Assembly: GCA_963833125.1 (NCBI GenBank) | Contig: CAWHWX010000016.1 | Location: 256,001 to 320,000 of the forward strand | Reading direction: 5' to 3' | Length of the DNA stretch: 64,000 bases | From: Candidatus Bathyarchaeota archaeon | Lineage (GTDB): Archaea; Thermoproteota; Bathyarchaeia; 40CM-2-53-6 | Shown here: positions 11,959 to 22,108 of the stretch, piece after piece | How the letters are laid out: every line of letters begins with the position of its first letter | Numbering within the stretch: position 1 is the first letter of the stretch | Position numbers and translations under genes: made by a program | The notes under the pieces: model-generated | Seen by the model: only the letters and a program-made list of their open reading frames with translations | Database searches by the model: none | What the model was told of the DNA's origin: nothing

Positions 11959-12075
11959 AGTTAGTTTCCTCAGAATTGGGCGGGCGAGTCATACTAGAGG
12001 TTCTTACTTATTGCTTTCGTTGCAAGTAGTCGTTGCTTCAGGACGCCATGAATCTTGGATGCAACTTCTTGCTAA

Positions 12076-13083
12076 TCAATGAATTAGGTGTTTACCCGCA
12101 TCCATAATCTGTTTGCCATCGATCCAGATGCTACAGTTCAACATGATTCCATCGACATGAGTTTTCGCCTGCCAGTTTGCGCCGGTCTCTTCGGCGTACG
12201 GATCTCCGAATGCGCAGTGGACTGAAGGGATTTTTTCGTCTTGAAGCAGGTTTCCGGTCAACCTTTCAAGGAATATGTTGGTGCCAATAGCGAATTCCCC
12301 CAGCCGATTTCCATTCGGGTCCGATCGAACATAGTCCAAGAATTCTCTTCGCAGTTCTTCATTCCTGCATTTAACCGTAGTGAAATCGATTCGAGAGTCT
12401 TTAACGAGAAGAGTTACGGGAGTCTCTTTGATGACGCCGTATTTGGGGCTGAACCAGTCGCCAAGTTCGTCAATGACCATTTTTCCATTGGCCTTGAAAG
12501 CTGCGGTATAGATTTCTCCGTCGGGAAGGTTACCCCACTTACCCTTATCGTGATATAACCCGTCGGAGACGATCCACCTCCAGCCAGGATGGAATTCTGC
12601 GATAAAATCGGTGCCAGATTTGTTGCTCACCCGGGCACTCTTACAGGCTTTGACTGCTTGGTCAACCTTCTTCGTCAGCTCCGAGATCTTCTGGTAGTCC
12701 GCACACATGCCTGTCTCCATAAGCTCCTTTGTGATGCTGGGCATGTGACCATGGCGAGCGTACTTGATCGCTGTGCGTATGAACGGACCTCTTACGGCAA
12801 GTTCTCCACGCATGCTCTTTGCCGCGTAGAATGTGACGTTTGCCCAAGGCATTGATTCGAGGACTTCTTTCGGAATTTCTTTCGCAGGCCGTTCCGTGTA
12901 GTCCTCGAGCACGAAAGTCTTGACATTTCCCTTCGAGACTTTTTCAGCTGCTTGTGAAATCGCCTCCCCAACCTCCAAGGTTTCACGGTCAGTTAGAATA
13001 AGGACATGTTCCCCTTTGTTCACGGCCATGCAGGTTTCGACCGCGTTCCTTGCGCCTTCATGCAGACTACCCAAGTTTTTCAA
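12076..13083 (-). CDS. M29 (thermophilic metalloprotease) aminopeptidase
   Basis: GNLPDGEI, GEFAIGTN, QDEK...H.AFG, THVD metal ligands. Confidence 0.88.
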   Translation of the reverse strand: MKNLGSLHEGARNAVETCMAVNKGEHVLILTDRETLEVGEAISQAAEKVSKGNVKTFVLEDYTERPAKEIPKEVLESMPWANVTFYAAKSMRGELAVRGPFIRTAIKYARHGHMPSITKELMETGMCADYQKISELTKKVDQAVKACKSARVSNKSGTDFIAEFHPGWRWIVSDGLYHDKGKWGNLPDGEIYTAAFKANGKMVIDELGDWFSPKYGVIKETPVTLLVKDSRIDFTTVKCRNEELRREFLDYVRSDPNGNRLGEFAIGTNIFLERLTGNLLQDEKIPSVHCAFGDPYAEETGANWQAKTHVDGIMLNCSIWIDGKQIMDAGKHLIH

Positions 13084-13201
13084 TACTCCAATCTAGAGAT
13101 TGGTCCGTTTGACCTTAGTCGCCATCGCATCCGGAAGCGATGCGTGAAGTGGACTCTGCGCCGATTCATGGGTGCAAGGGCAAGGGTCAAAGCCATAACA
13201 T

Positions 13202-13834
13202 TTGTTCTTTTACTATATAGCAGGAATTGTGGAGGGGAAGCGGTTTCTAGATTTCATGTCAAGCCTTGGCCGGGTCAAGATGATTCCGAGAAGCGGATGG
13301 ATCAGCCATGGAGTCAGCCTTCAAGACGTCGAGTCTGTCGCAGATCATTCTTTCTCAACCACTGTCCTTGCGATGTTACTCGCCGATCTTGAAGTTGCGA
13401 ATGGTCGTAGCGTCAATGTGGAACGAGTGCTTCGTCTAGCCTTGCTCCATGATCTTCCGGAGACATTGACATTCGACATAAGCAAATCCTACTTGGAATA
13501 TCTAGGGGTAAGAGGCGAAGCAATCAAGAGCGAGCTGGAGCAAGCCGCCTTGAAGCATTTGGTCAAAGGTATTGAGAAAGAGGAAATTAGGAAGCGGTAT
13601 ACACTTCTTCAGTCAGAGTTTAATGCTGGACAAACCATTGAGTCAAGGATTGTTCACGCCGCTGACCGATTGGATATACTACTGCAAATTGTGGAATACC
13701 GCCGAAGAGGCTACCCAAAAGCAATCCTCGTAGATCTATGGGAGAGCACTAGCCAAAAGCTGCAAGGCTCAAAGCTCTCTTCTGTGAGGAAATTGTATAG
13801 GGAGGCGGTTCGGCTCTACAAGAACATTTCTTGA
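13202..13834 (+). CDS. HD-domain hydrolase (YfbR/5'-deoxynucleotidase-like)
   Basis: PRSGW, ESVADHS, ALLHDLPE, ADRLD. Confidence 0.9.
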   Translation: MFFYYIAGIVEGKRFLDFMSSLGRVKMIPRSGWISHGVSLQDVESVADHSFSTTVLAMLLADLEVANGRSVNVERVLRLALLHDLPETLTFDISKSYLEYLGVRGEAIKSELEQAALKHLVKGIEKEEIRKRYTLLQSEFNAGQTIESRIVHAADRLDILLQIVEYRRRGYPKAILVDLWESTSQKLQGSKLSSVRKLYREAVRLYKNIS

Positions 13835-13838
13835 ATAG

Positions 13839-14276
13839 TTAAATGATGTGAATGTAACTGGAGGGCAATTGCACAACTCCCGCTCCATTCTCATATATCC
13901 AAATCCCGAACTCTTCAGACTTGGGGTCCGCCACCAAAGACACAGTGTAAGCGGAAAATTGGCAGAATTGCATGTGAGTCTCTACATCGGTTTGCGAAAG
14001 AAACAAACCGTGTCCTGGATGTGAGTGGTACCAGCCAACGATTCTTCCGTCGATTCTCCCTTCAACAATGTCAGTTGCCACCTGTGCAATTCGTTGAGGG
14101 GGAAAGGAACAGGAGACTTCGCTTATTTCCGTCCCACCCGGAATCGTGTCGTTGACCCAGAGAGACGAATCTTGCAAAGTGCCCATGAGCAGCCCAATGC
14201 GCTCAAATGGTCGATTTAGGTCCCGTGAAATTCGGTCGATTACACGGTTTGTAATGAATACCTTGAACACCATCAA
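13839..14276 (-). CDS. JAB1/MPN/Mov34 (JAMM) metalloprotease
   Basis: E..GLL.G and GWYHSHPG.GLFLS.TD JAMM motif. Confidence 0.9.
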   Translation of the reverse strand: MMVFKVFITNRVIDRISRDLNRPFERIGLLMGTLQDSSLWVNDTIPGGTEISEVSCSFPPQRIAQVATDIVEGRIDGRIVGWYHSHPGHGLFLSQTDVETHMQFCQFSAYTVSLVADPKSEEFGIWIYENGAGVVQLPSSYIHII

Positions 14277-14490
14277 TCACGGGTCCGGGCGATAGGGGGC
14301 CAGTTGCAAGATAAGATTTCAACCTTAAACCCGAATGAAAAATGTTCCAGGGTGCTGGGCTTTGACCATATATCTGTTCATTAAACGCCACTGATGGAGA
14401 GGCCCTGTTCTAATCTGTGAACGGCCTGTTCAAAACCATGGGGTTATTGCGTTCCCATGCCATAAGCTAGCCTAAAGGAGGTTTGATTAT

Positions 14491-15234
14491 TTGAGCGAAA
14501 TTGCCGGTCGACGAGTTTACTATCTAATCGCCTTAGCCATAATTGCAATGGTGTTAGTGAGCGCAGTCGCATTAACCCGCCCCCCACTAACCTCTGTAAC
14601 GAGCTCTGCCGCAAAGACAATTCAGGTTACTGGGACTGGAACCGTCTCCGCATCACCTGACCAAGCCATTCTCTACCTCGGCGTTCAAACCCAGGCAGCC
14701 ACTGCTACCCAGGCCACCACAGATAACGCGATGGCCATGACAAACGTGATCACTGCTCTCACCAACGCTGGAATAGACAAGAATTCGATTCAGACCGTCT
14801 CATACACACTGACCCCAACGTACTCCAATCCCGTCAACCAAAGCGTACCGCCCGCTATCATCGGTTACATCGCCATAAACCAAATTCAGGTAACCGTGAA
14901 CGACCTAGGGTCTATAGGCAAAATCCTAGATCAAGCAATCTCCGCAGGAGCGAACCAAGTTCAAGGAGTCTCTTTCACACTCTCAAGCTCCACTCTTGCC
15001 ACAATACAAAATCAAGCGCTACAACTAGCCCTAACTGACGCAGACGGTCAAGCCAAGGCATTGGCAACAACACTAGGAGTTACCATTGTTGGTCCCACCT
15101 CGGTTACGCCGGGATACGAATTCCAACCCACAAATTACAGCCGATTCGCAGCGACCCCACAGGCACAGACACCAATACAAACAGGCACGTTACAGGTGAC
15201 GGCAACGGTGCAAGTAACCTACGCCTTCACGTAG
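14491..15234 (+). CDS. SIMPL (DUF541) domain membrane-anchored protein
   Basis: N-terminal TM, IQVTGTG.V...PD.A, GKILD.A..AGAN...G..F; GGAGG RBS upstream. Confidence 0.9.
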   Translation: MSEIAGRRVYYLIALAIIAMVLVSAVALTRPPLTSVTSSAAKTIQVTGTGTVSASPDQAILYLGVQTQAATATQATTDNAMAMTNVITALTNAGIDKNSIQTVSYTLTPTYSNPVNQSVPPAIIGYIAINQIQVTVNDLGSIGKILDQAISAGANQVQGVSFTLSSSTLATIQNQALQLALTDADGQAKALATTLGVTIVGPTSVTPGYEFQPTNYSRFAATPQAQTPIQTGTLQVTATVQVTYAFT

Positions 15235-15244
15235 CATACAGACC

Positions 15245-15886
15245 CTAGCGGCCCAATAAGTGAGGCGTGATGAATGTCTCAATGTACGCCGCAACAGCGA
15301 ACAAAGCTACCGACAACAAAGACAGCGTGACCGTATCCTTAACCCCCTCTATCAGAAGCGGCCGGTCAACTGACTGGCCGCTTAACCTTGCGTATAACGC
15401 ACGGCTTGTACTGACATGCCATCTCGCAAGCCCGACGAACTCAAGTATGAACGCAGGTATTTCGATAACCCCATGCGGGAGTAGCCCGGCCGCTGTATAG
15501 ACGGGGCCTTTTGTCATTCCAACGAAAGCCGCCACTCCGCCAATCACGACGGCGTTTAGCAAGAGTTCATACCCCAGCTCGAACGCGCCGATGAAAGGTA
15601 TCCACACCCAAAGTCGAATGGGGTTCCAAAAGTGGCCGATATTATTCAGAAAAATAAAACGGTAAAGGCTGTTCGAGTATGGTGGCGGAATCGCTATGTA
15701 ACTTCCCGCCGACTCTAACCACCCTTGCAATCCGTTCACCAGACCTGGAGATGTGAGTAGTACGGCATAGGCTACTAGAGCTGTGATGATCATTATTGCA
15801 AAGAAAGTGACCGCTATGGCTACGATCAAAAGGCGGTTTCGTTGAAATGTTTTCCTTACCGGATCCGTAAGGCGCATAGATCGCAC
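15245..15886 (-). CDS. Stage II sporulation protein M family membrane protein
   Basis: IFLNN, LLPHGVIEIPA, AAYIETFIT. Confidence 0.88.
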   Translation of the reverse strand: MRSMRLTDPVRKTFQRNRLLIVAIAVTFFAIMIITALVAYAVLLTSPGLVNGLQGWLESAGSYIAIPPPYSNSLYRFIFLNNIGHFWNPIRLWVWIPFIGAFELGYELLLNAVVIGGVAAFVGMTKGPVYTAAGLLPHGVIEIPAFILEFVGLARWHVSTSRALYARLSGQSVDRPLLIEGVKDTVTLSLLSVALFAVAAYIETFITPHLLGR

Positions 15887-16792
15887 CTAAGTTGTCTGGG
15901 CTCTTCCGCAGCTCGGGCAAAACCGGGCGCTGCGCGGGACAGTAGCACCGCATGTTCCGCAAGGTTTTGTGGCTTCCTGTGGTAATAGTGAATTCAGAAT
16001 TTGATCCTCGAACTTACTTTGGTCTGAGAAGTGCTCATTGTAATCATTAAGCAATGTGTAAAACCAGTATACCCAAAAAAGTCCAGCCGTTATTGCTGAA
16101 AGTATTATGAAAAGAAACGGGTCTCTCTTGTGGAACCTGTAAGGAGAAAAAGTTGGAGGCTGAACGCCCGCATCGCTAAAGGCGTTGGCAAGTGTAACCT
16201 GATAACTGGACTGGAGATCATCATGTCTGCTGAGGTCTTGGGTTAGATTGTATGCTGCGAGTAGACCAACGATCGGCGTCACAAATAGAAATAGCACTGC
16301 CCAAAGACCGGCGGGCCTATCGCGTTCGCCATAAGCCGAATCTTCTGTTAATTGGCCAAGCCGTGAGATGTGTTCTGAGGCCGGCGCTTTCGTGAGGAGG
16401 TACCGCTGTAATGTGGAGAATAACAGTTGCTGCCGACCGAAATGTCGGTTTCGACGATCTATCATGAAATAGAAGGCTAGAGCGCCGAAAAGAAGTACCA
16501 CGTAGAATAGAGTGATCGCTAGGCCGTAGAGTGCGAAGACTTCCCCGACAATAGGCGTTATGGCATTTTGTGTATTTTGTGGTTGAGTGAAGCTACTGAT
16601 CCGAGGTAAGACTGAAACTAAAACGCCAATCAGTGATGCTCCGATAACGATAGCTGCTAGTGCGGGAAGTATGGGAATTATCATCCATATGTTACCCATC
16701 CTGCGGTCCGTAGAAGTCCGTCTCCGGACTAACTCCTCTATACGTAACAGGGCTGGGTCGATGTGGGAGGCCACTTTTATGCCTCCTGCCAT
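15887..16792 (-). CDS. Membrane protein with DUF4234-like repeats and C-terminal double zinc ribbon
   Basis: R.P....ILSAITAGLFWVYW motif; CGTCG...A.FCPSCG; start trimmed to 16792 (or GTG 16774) to avoid overlap with Lrp gene. Confidence 0.75.
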   Translation of the reverse strand: MAGGIKVASHIDPALLRIEELVRRRTSTDRRMGNIWMIIPILPALAAIVIGASLIGVLVSVLPRISSFTQPQNTQNAITPIVGEVFALYGLAITLFYVVLLFGALAFYFMIDRRNRHFGRQQLLFSTLQRYLLTKAPASEHISRLGQLTEDSAYGERDRPAGLWAVLFLFVTPIVGLLAAYNLTQDLSRHDDLQSSYQVTLANAFSDAGVQPPTFSPYRFHKRDPFLFIILSAITAGLFWVYWFYTLLNDYNEHFSDQSKFEDQILNSLLPQEATKPCGTCGATVPRSARFCPSCGRAQTT

Positions 16793-16859
16793 ATTCGGCC
16801 GGAAATTAGGGATAATCTCATAATAGTCCTCCACACTACCCTTAGCTGGGTTAAGTTCG

Positions 16860-17096
16860 ATGCCAAAGGCTTTCGTCTTTATGAATATTGACGCCGGCTC
16901 AGAGAACGAGATTCTGAAGAGTCTCCGGGATGTTCCCGAAGTCAAGGAATCCTATTTTGTCTATGGGGTGTACGATGTGGTGGCGAAAATCGAAACTGAC
17001 TCGATGGATCGCCTCAAAGAAGTCATTACCTGGAAAGTGCGAAGACTCGACAAGATCCGCTCAACATTAACAACGATCGTCAGCGAAGGAAAATAA
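16860..17096 (+). CDS. Lrp/AsnC ligand-binding-domain protein (no HTH)
   Basis: AFVFMN...V.E...VYGVYD.VAK.E...STLT.IV. Confidence 0.9.
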   Translation: MPKAFVFMNIDAGSENEILKSLRDVPEVKESYFVYGVYDVVAKIETDSMDRLKEVITWKVRRLDKIRSTLTTIVSEGK

Positions 17097-17192
17097 CTCC
17101 CACAAGACCAATTGTGGGACTAACGTAACCTACGCGCCTCAAGTTCGGCGTCGTTCACGTTATCTGAGTAGTGGTCTCTTCTACTAGCGACC

Positions 17193-18351
17193 TTACCTGT
17201 ATGGTAGAAACTCCCTGCCAAGCAACTCTCGCGCAACGACAATCTTGTTGATATCGGTTGTTCCATCCCCAATCATCGCGCCTGCGAATCTCTCTCAAAC
17301 GATACTCGTCCATACACTCTGTTGTATACCCGATTGCACCCCGATTTTGAAGACAATTGTTCACAATGCCAAAGCACAGCTGGGGGACATACCACTTAAT
17401 CATGGCCGAATCCTTGGTTATCTTATGGCCTTTATCTTTCAGCCACAATGTTCTGTAGCAAAGTAGCCGAGCCGCCTCTAGCTCCGTGTAGCCCTCTACT
17501 AAGCGAGATTGAACAGATTCGTATTTCGCTATAGGGCGTCCAAATGCAGTTCGTTGTTTCGCGTATTCGATGCCTTCCTCTATTGAACTCTCTGTCAAAC
17601 CAATACACCACACAGCGATAAGAGACCTCATTAGGTCGAAGGTCTCCATCACATAGTGGAAGCCCTGGTTCTCCTCACCAATTAGATTCGATGCAGGTAT
17701 AGTAACGTCCTTTAGCACGATTCCTCCAAACGAGAACAGTCTCCATCCCAGTGCATCGAAATCGTACTTTTCGATCCCGGGTCTATTCATCTCAACGAAG
17801 AACATGCTTACGCCTTTAGCCCCTTTCTCGACATCGGTCTTGGCAAGGAGGCAATACGCGCCGCATTCGTTAACACCGGTGATGAATTGTTTTTCCCCAT
17901 TCAGGACATAGGTGTCTCCTTTTCTCGTTGCACGGGTCGTTATCGCTGCCGCATCAGAGCCCGTCGACGGCTCCGTATTGGCTATGCCCAGCATCCGTTC
18001 TCCTCTCGCCATTGCCGGAAGCCATTCTTTCTTCAGTGGTCCTGGACCATGCAGCGCAAGGATCTCACCCATTATATCGCTGAGTGGAATCTGCCACCCT
18101 GCGCGAGCAATCTCCTCGACCAGGATGCCCATCGTCACCGCATCGCTCTCTTGTCCACCGAACTCCTTTGGAAACCTTAAACCAAGAAGCCCAGCATTTC
18201 CCATCTTTCTGTAGAGCTCCCATGGAAATTCCCTCTTTCTCTCGTAGTCCCGAATCTTGGGGCTGATCTCTTTCTTCGCAAACTCTCGAACGGTCCTGCG
18301 GAAAAGTTCCTGTTCTTCGCTAAAGTCAAAGTTCAACGGCAAACCAGTCAC
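17193..18351 (-). CDS. Acyl-CoA dehydrogenase, frameshift near C-terminus (~17283)
   Basis: TEPSTGSDA, LNGEKQFIT, R.AFGRPI; removing one base restores IRGAMIGDGTTDINK...REL and stop at 17193. Confidence 0.92.
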
Positions 18352-18498
18352 ATCGGGAATGTGTGTTAGCTTTTCATCGCTTCTTAAGCTTGACGAGAAC
18401 AGTCCTTTGCTTCTGAATGTCGCAAAGAAATTTGAAGAGGCCAGATGAGGGAGTTGCGGGGTAGCTTTATAACGAAAGATAACTTTTCGCAGTCACTC

Positions 18499-18907
18499 GT
18501 GGACGAGGCCCAAGTTTTGGACGAGCTTGAGCAGATCCGAGAAAAAAAGCTACGAGAGTTGAAAAATCAAATGTCGACACCTAAAATCGAGAAACCGATC
18601 GTAGTGAGCGATCGAAACTTCGATCAGACCGTGAAAAATTACCCCTTGATCGTAGTCGATTGCTGGGCGGCGTGGTGTGCGCCATGTCGCGCAATCGCTC
18701 CGATTGTTGAGGAACTAGCGAAAGAGTACAGTGGGAAGGTCGTTTTCGGCAAGCTCAACGTCGACGAGAATCCCGAGACCGCCCAACGATTCGGCGTGAT
18801 GGCGATACCAACGCTGCTGGTGATGAAGGAAGGTAAGGAAGTAGACCGCGTCGTAGGAATGCTTCCTAAGAACCAGCTGGAAGCGAAAGTAATCACTTAC
18901 GCAGTAG
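18499..18907 (+). CDS. trxA: Thioredoxin
   Basis: WCAPC active site, KLNVDEN, IPT; end given assumes one extra base at ~18901 (ORF track runs to 18966). Confidence 0.93.
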
Positions 18908-19341
18908 GCAGACCACGGCGTCACAGGGTTCTCCGGCGGACACCTGTATCCATACTTACTGCATAGTGAGCGTGCAAAGTGATCCGGTGTTACTTCCTCG
19001 CTCCGGCCGATTGTCAAACAATCCACCAAGTGTTTTGTTTCGTGGAATATGATGTATTCGCGCATTTGTGAATAGGCTTCCTCAGAGATGTGGATGCTGT
19101 ACGGATCAGCAGTGAAGTAGAATCCTCTGAGCGGCCCCGCTCCTGGGTAGATATCTACATGAATTGTTTGCTCGAGACGAACTCCTAGCTCCGATAAAAC
19201 AAGGTTCACAAGTCGGCAAGTCTCAACATTGTGAGTTACTGACTCGGTCTCTGTGCGAGTTTCTGAAAGGGGGACCCCACAGGTCGAGCAGAAACCAGCA
19301 TCAGTCTTCTGAACCTCATTTTTGCGACTGAAGATCGCCAT
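18897..19341 (-). CDS. Small HExxH zinc-metallopeptidase-like protein with N-terminal CxxC
   Basis: FCSTCG, IIFHETKH..D, E...D.FA resembles ImmA/IrrE-type zincin; end given assumes same extra base at ~18901. Confidence 0.65.
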
Positions 19342-19482
19342 CGCCTTGAGAAAGGCTTTGTTTGCAATCACTGAGGACTATACCTACCTGACGCAGGTGA
19401 AATCGAACACGGTTAAGAGGCTGCTGTGGGATGTTGCATTGAACAAGTAAAAAAGAGTCGCGAGGGGTCTTATTGGCGGTAT

Positions 19483-19998
19483 ATGAATTCGAGGGGCGGC
19501 GTGCCTTCGATCGCATCGAATGCCTATGTCGATGAAGACGCCAAGGTTTTGGGTGATGTCAAGATCGGCGAACAATGTTTCATCGGTCCTGGTGCTAGGA
19601 TCAGGGGTGATTACGGGACCATTATGATTGGTAACAAAACCAGCGTACAGGAGAATTGCGTCCTTCACGCACGCATCAACGAAACATGCTCTGTAGGGAA
19701 CCATGTTCAGATCGGACATGGCGCTCTGCTTCACAACTGTACCGTCAAGGATTATGCTGTGATTGGCGTGGGCGCTATTGTAAGCGATTATGCGTCGGTG
19801 GGGGTTTGGAGTATCGTTGCGGAGGGTGCGGTTGTTGTTAGTAATCAGTCGATACCCGACGGCAAGGTCGCAGTCGGCGTGCCCGCCAAAATTATTCGTG
19901 ATGTCTCTGATTCCGACAAGCTGCTCTGGAGCAAGTACAAAGACGCATATGCAGATCTCGCGTTGCGATACCCGAAAGGCCTGAAAAGAGTACGATAG
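19483..19998 (+). CDS. Gamma carbonic anhydrase family (hexapeptide repeat) protein
   Basis: GDV.IG, IRGD, QENCVLH, IGHGA.LH.C, GVPAK. Confidence 0.9.
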   Translation: MNSRGGVPSIASNAYVDEDAKVLGDVKIGEQCFIGPGARIRGDYGTIMIGNKTSVQENCVLHARINETCSVGNHVQIGHGALLHNCTVKDYAVIGVGAIVSDYASVGVWSIVAEGAVVVSNQSIPDGKVAVGVPAKIIRDVSDSDKLLWSKYKDAYADLALRYPKGLKRVR

Positions 19999-20064
19999 TT
20001 AGGCGCAGCGTTAGCGGTTGGGTATCGGTAACGTTAATCTAACCAACACCATAATCACAGTTGA

Positions 20065-21609
20065 TTGGCGATGCCTGAAGAACTGATCGCCGTTCTAGAT
20101 TTCGGCGGTCAATATTCTCACCTAATAGCCCGCCGAATCAGAGAGTGCGAGGTATATGCTGACCTTATGCCGTTCACCACCAAACCCGCCGAGTTACAGA
20201 AAGCGAACGCGAAGGGGATTGTCCTTTCCGGAGGGCCAGCAAGTGTTTACGATGAGAATGCTCCAAAATGCGATCCAGGAATCTTCAATGTGGGCATACC
20301 TGTACTTGGGATCTGTTATGGTCTCCAACTAATGGTGCAAATGCTAGGTGGCCATGTGAAGGCGACGAGGCGACACGAGTATGGAAAGACTAAGCTAGAG
20401 ATAAGAGACGACTCAGATCTCTTTAGGGATGTAAGGAAACAAATTGTATGCTGGATGAGCCATGGCGATTATGCAGAGGCCCTCCCTAAGGGCTTCAGTG
20501 TAATCGCTACATCTGAGAACTGTCCGACTGCAGCAATCCGCGATGGAGGCCGGAAACTGTACGGCGTTCAATTTCATCCTGAAGTCTCGCATACCGAGCA
20601 CGGAAACGATATCATCAGGAACTTCATAACAACAATCAGTAATTGCCAATCGAGCTGGACCCCCCATTCTATCATTGAGTCGGCTGTGGACGGCATCAAG
20701 GCGAGAGTAGGTAACGAGAATGTCTTGTGTGCTGTCAGCGGTGGGGTAGACTCCACAACGGCTGCGGTTCTTGTTCACAAGGCTATAGGGAGCAGACTGA
20801 CGTGCATCTTCGTCAACCATGGTCTTCTGAGACAGAACGAAGAGGAGAAAGTTCTGAAGACGCTTACTGAAGACCTCAGAATGAATGTCAAATATGTGGA
20901 TGCGTCAAACCGATTCCTTCAACGCCTTAAAGGCGTTAATGACCCGGAAGAGAAACGCAAGATTGTCGGCGAAGAATTCATCAGGGTCTTCGAAGAAGAG
21001 AGTGCAAAGTTAGGAACCTTTGAGTGGTTAGCTCAAGGTACACTCTATCCCGACGTAATCGAAAGCGCGGGAACGAGTAGCCCCGCTTCCTTAATCAAGA
21101 CTCATCACAACGTCGGGGGAATTCCAGAGTGGTCGAGATTCAAGATCGTCGAGCCGCTGAGGTTGCTGTACAAGGACGAAGTGCGTAAAATCGCAAGCAA
21201 ACTGGGATTGCCTGATTCCATTGTGCGTACCCATCCATTTCCTGGCCCGGGGTTGGCTGTTCGTGTAGTCGGTGAGGTTACAGAAGAGAAGCTTCGGGTT
21301 TGTCGTCAGGCTAGTGCCATAGTTGAGGACGAGTTATCGAAGAATGGACGTTACGACGAAGTGTGGCAGGCGTTTGCAGTCGTTGGAGATGATATGGCTG
21401 TGGGTGTGCTCGGCGACCATCGACACCTAGGCCACCTCGTTACAATTCGGATCATAAAGTCCTCCGACGGAATGACGGCGGATTGGGTAAGAATCCCATA
21501 CGATGAGTTAGAAATAATTAGTAACCGAATTACCGGCGAGGTTCAGGGAGTTACATGGGTGACATACGCAATCTCTTCCAAGCCACCCTCAACAATAGAG
21601 CCCTGCTAG
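20065..21609 (+). CDS. guaA: GMP synthase (glutamine-hydrolysing, fused type)
   Basis: LDFGGQY, GICYG, QFHPEV, SGGVDS, QGTLYPDVIES, HPFPGPGL, KPPSTIE. Confidence 0.98.
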   Translation: MAMPEELIAVLDFGGQYSHLIARRIRECEVYADLMPFTTKPAELQKANAKGIVLSGGPASVYDENAPKCDPGIFNVGIPVLGICYGLQLMVQMLGGHVKATRRHEYGKTKLEIRDDSDLFRDVRKQIVCWMSHGDYAEALPKGFSVIATSENCPTAAIRDGGRKLYGVQFHPEVSHTEHGNDIIRNFITTISNCQSSWTPHSIIESAVDGIKARVGNENVLCAVSGGVDSTTAAVLVHKAIGSRLTCIFVNHGLLRQNEEEKVLKTLTEDLRMNVKYVDASNRFLQRLKGVNDPEEKRKIVGEEFIRVFEEESAKLGTFEWLAQGTLYPDVIESAGTSSPASLIKTHHNVGGIPEWSRFKIVEPLRLLYKDEVRKIASKLGLPDSIVRTHPFPGPGLAVRVVGEVTEEKLRVCRQASAIVEDELSKNGRYDEVWQAFAVVGDDMAVGVLGDHRHLGHLVTIRIIKSSDGMTADWVRIPYDELEIISNRITGEVQGVTWVTYAISSKPPSTIEPC

Positions 21610-21663
21610 ACTCTTGCTGTGACAGAGGCTGTAGAGAATTCTACGAGTTCGAGAATTGGAGGA

Positions 21664-22023
21664 TTAATGGGGCTTGAACGAGTGCCCGCAGCCGCAGGTT
21701 TCTGTTGCATTTGGATTGTTGACTTTGAATCCTTCGCCCATCACTGTTTCTACGTAGTCAACCTCAGACCCATCAACATATTGTGCACTCTGTTCATCGA
21801 TAAGTAGAGTGACTCCGTGAGAGTCGATTACATGGTCACCTTCGTTCTTCTCGTCCACGGCTAGGCCATATTGAAAGCCACTGCAGCCCCCGCCTGAAAC
21901 ATAGAGGCGCAATCCTGCATTTTGCTTGCCTTGCTTTTCTATTGCAGTCTTGACTTTCTCGGCGGCCTTCTCGGTAAGCGAAATTCTCAACGTACTTGTT
22001 GGGTTAAGCAACCTTTGCACCAT
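21664..22023 (-). CDS. A-type Fe-S cluster carrier (IscA/ErpA/HesB)
   Basis: GGGCSGFQY, NPNA..TCGCGHSF. Confidence 0.95.
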   Translation of the reverse strand: MVQRLLNPTSTLRISLTEKAAEKVKTAIEKQGKQNAGLRLYVSGGGCSGFQYGLAVDEKNEGDHVIDSHGVTLLIDEQSAQYVDGSEVDYVETVMGEGFKVNNPNATETCGCGHSFKPH

Positions 22024-22108
22024 CGACGGGTATTACATATGGATTATTTAAGCTTGGATGATTCGAAGGTAGCTTCAGAATTTAGGACAGGACCCAAATC
22101 CATAACAA

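Noticed and set aside
15245-15886. Sporulation function implied by the SpoIIM name
   Set aside because: Family is widespread in non-sporulating archaea
16793-16945. N-terminal extension of the DUF4234 ORF (likewise larE 37023-37304)
   Set aside because: Overlaps a genuine opposite-strand gene; better starts exist downstream
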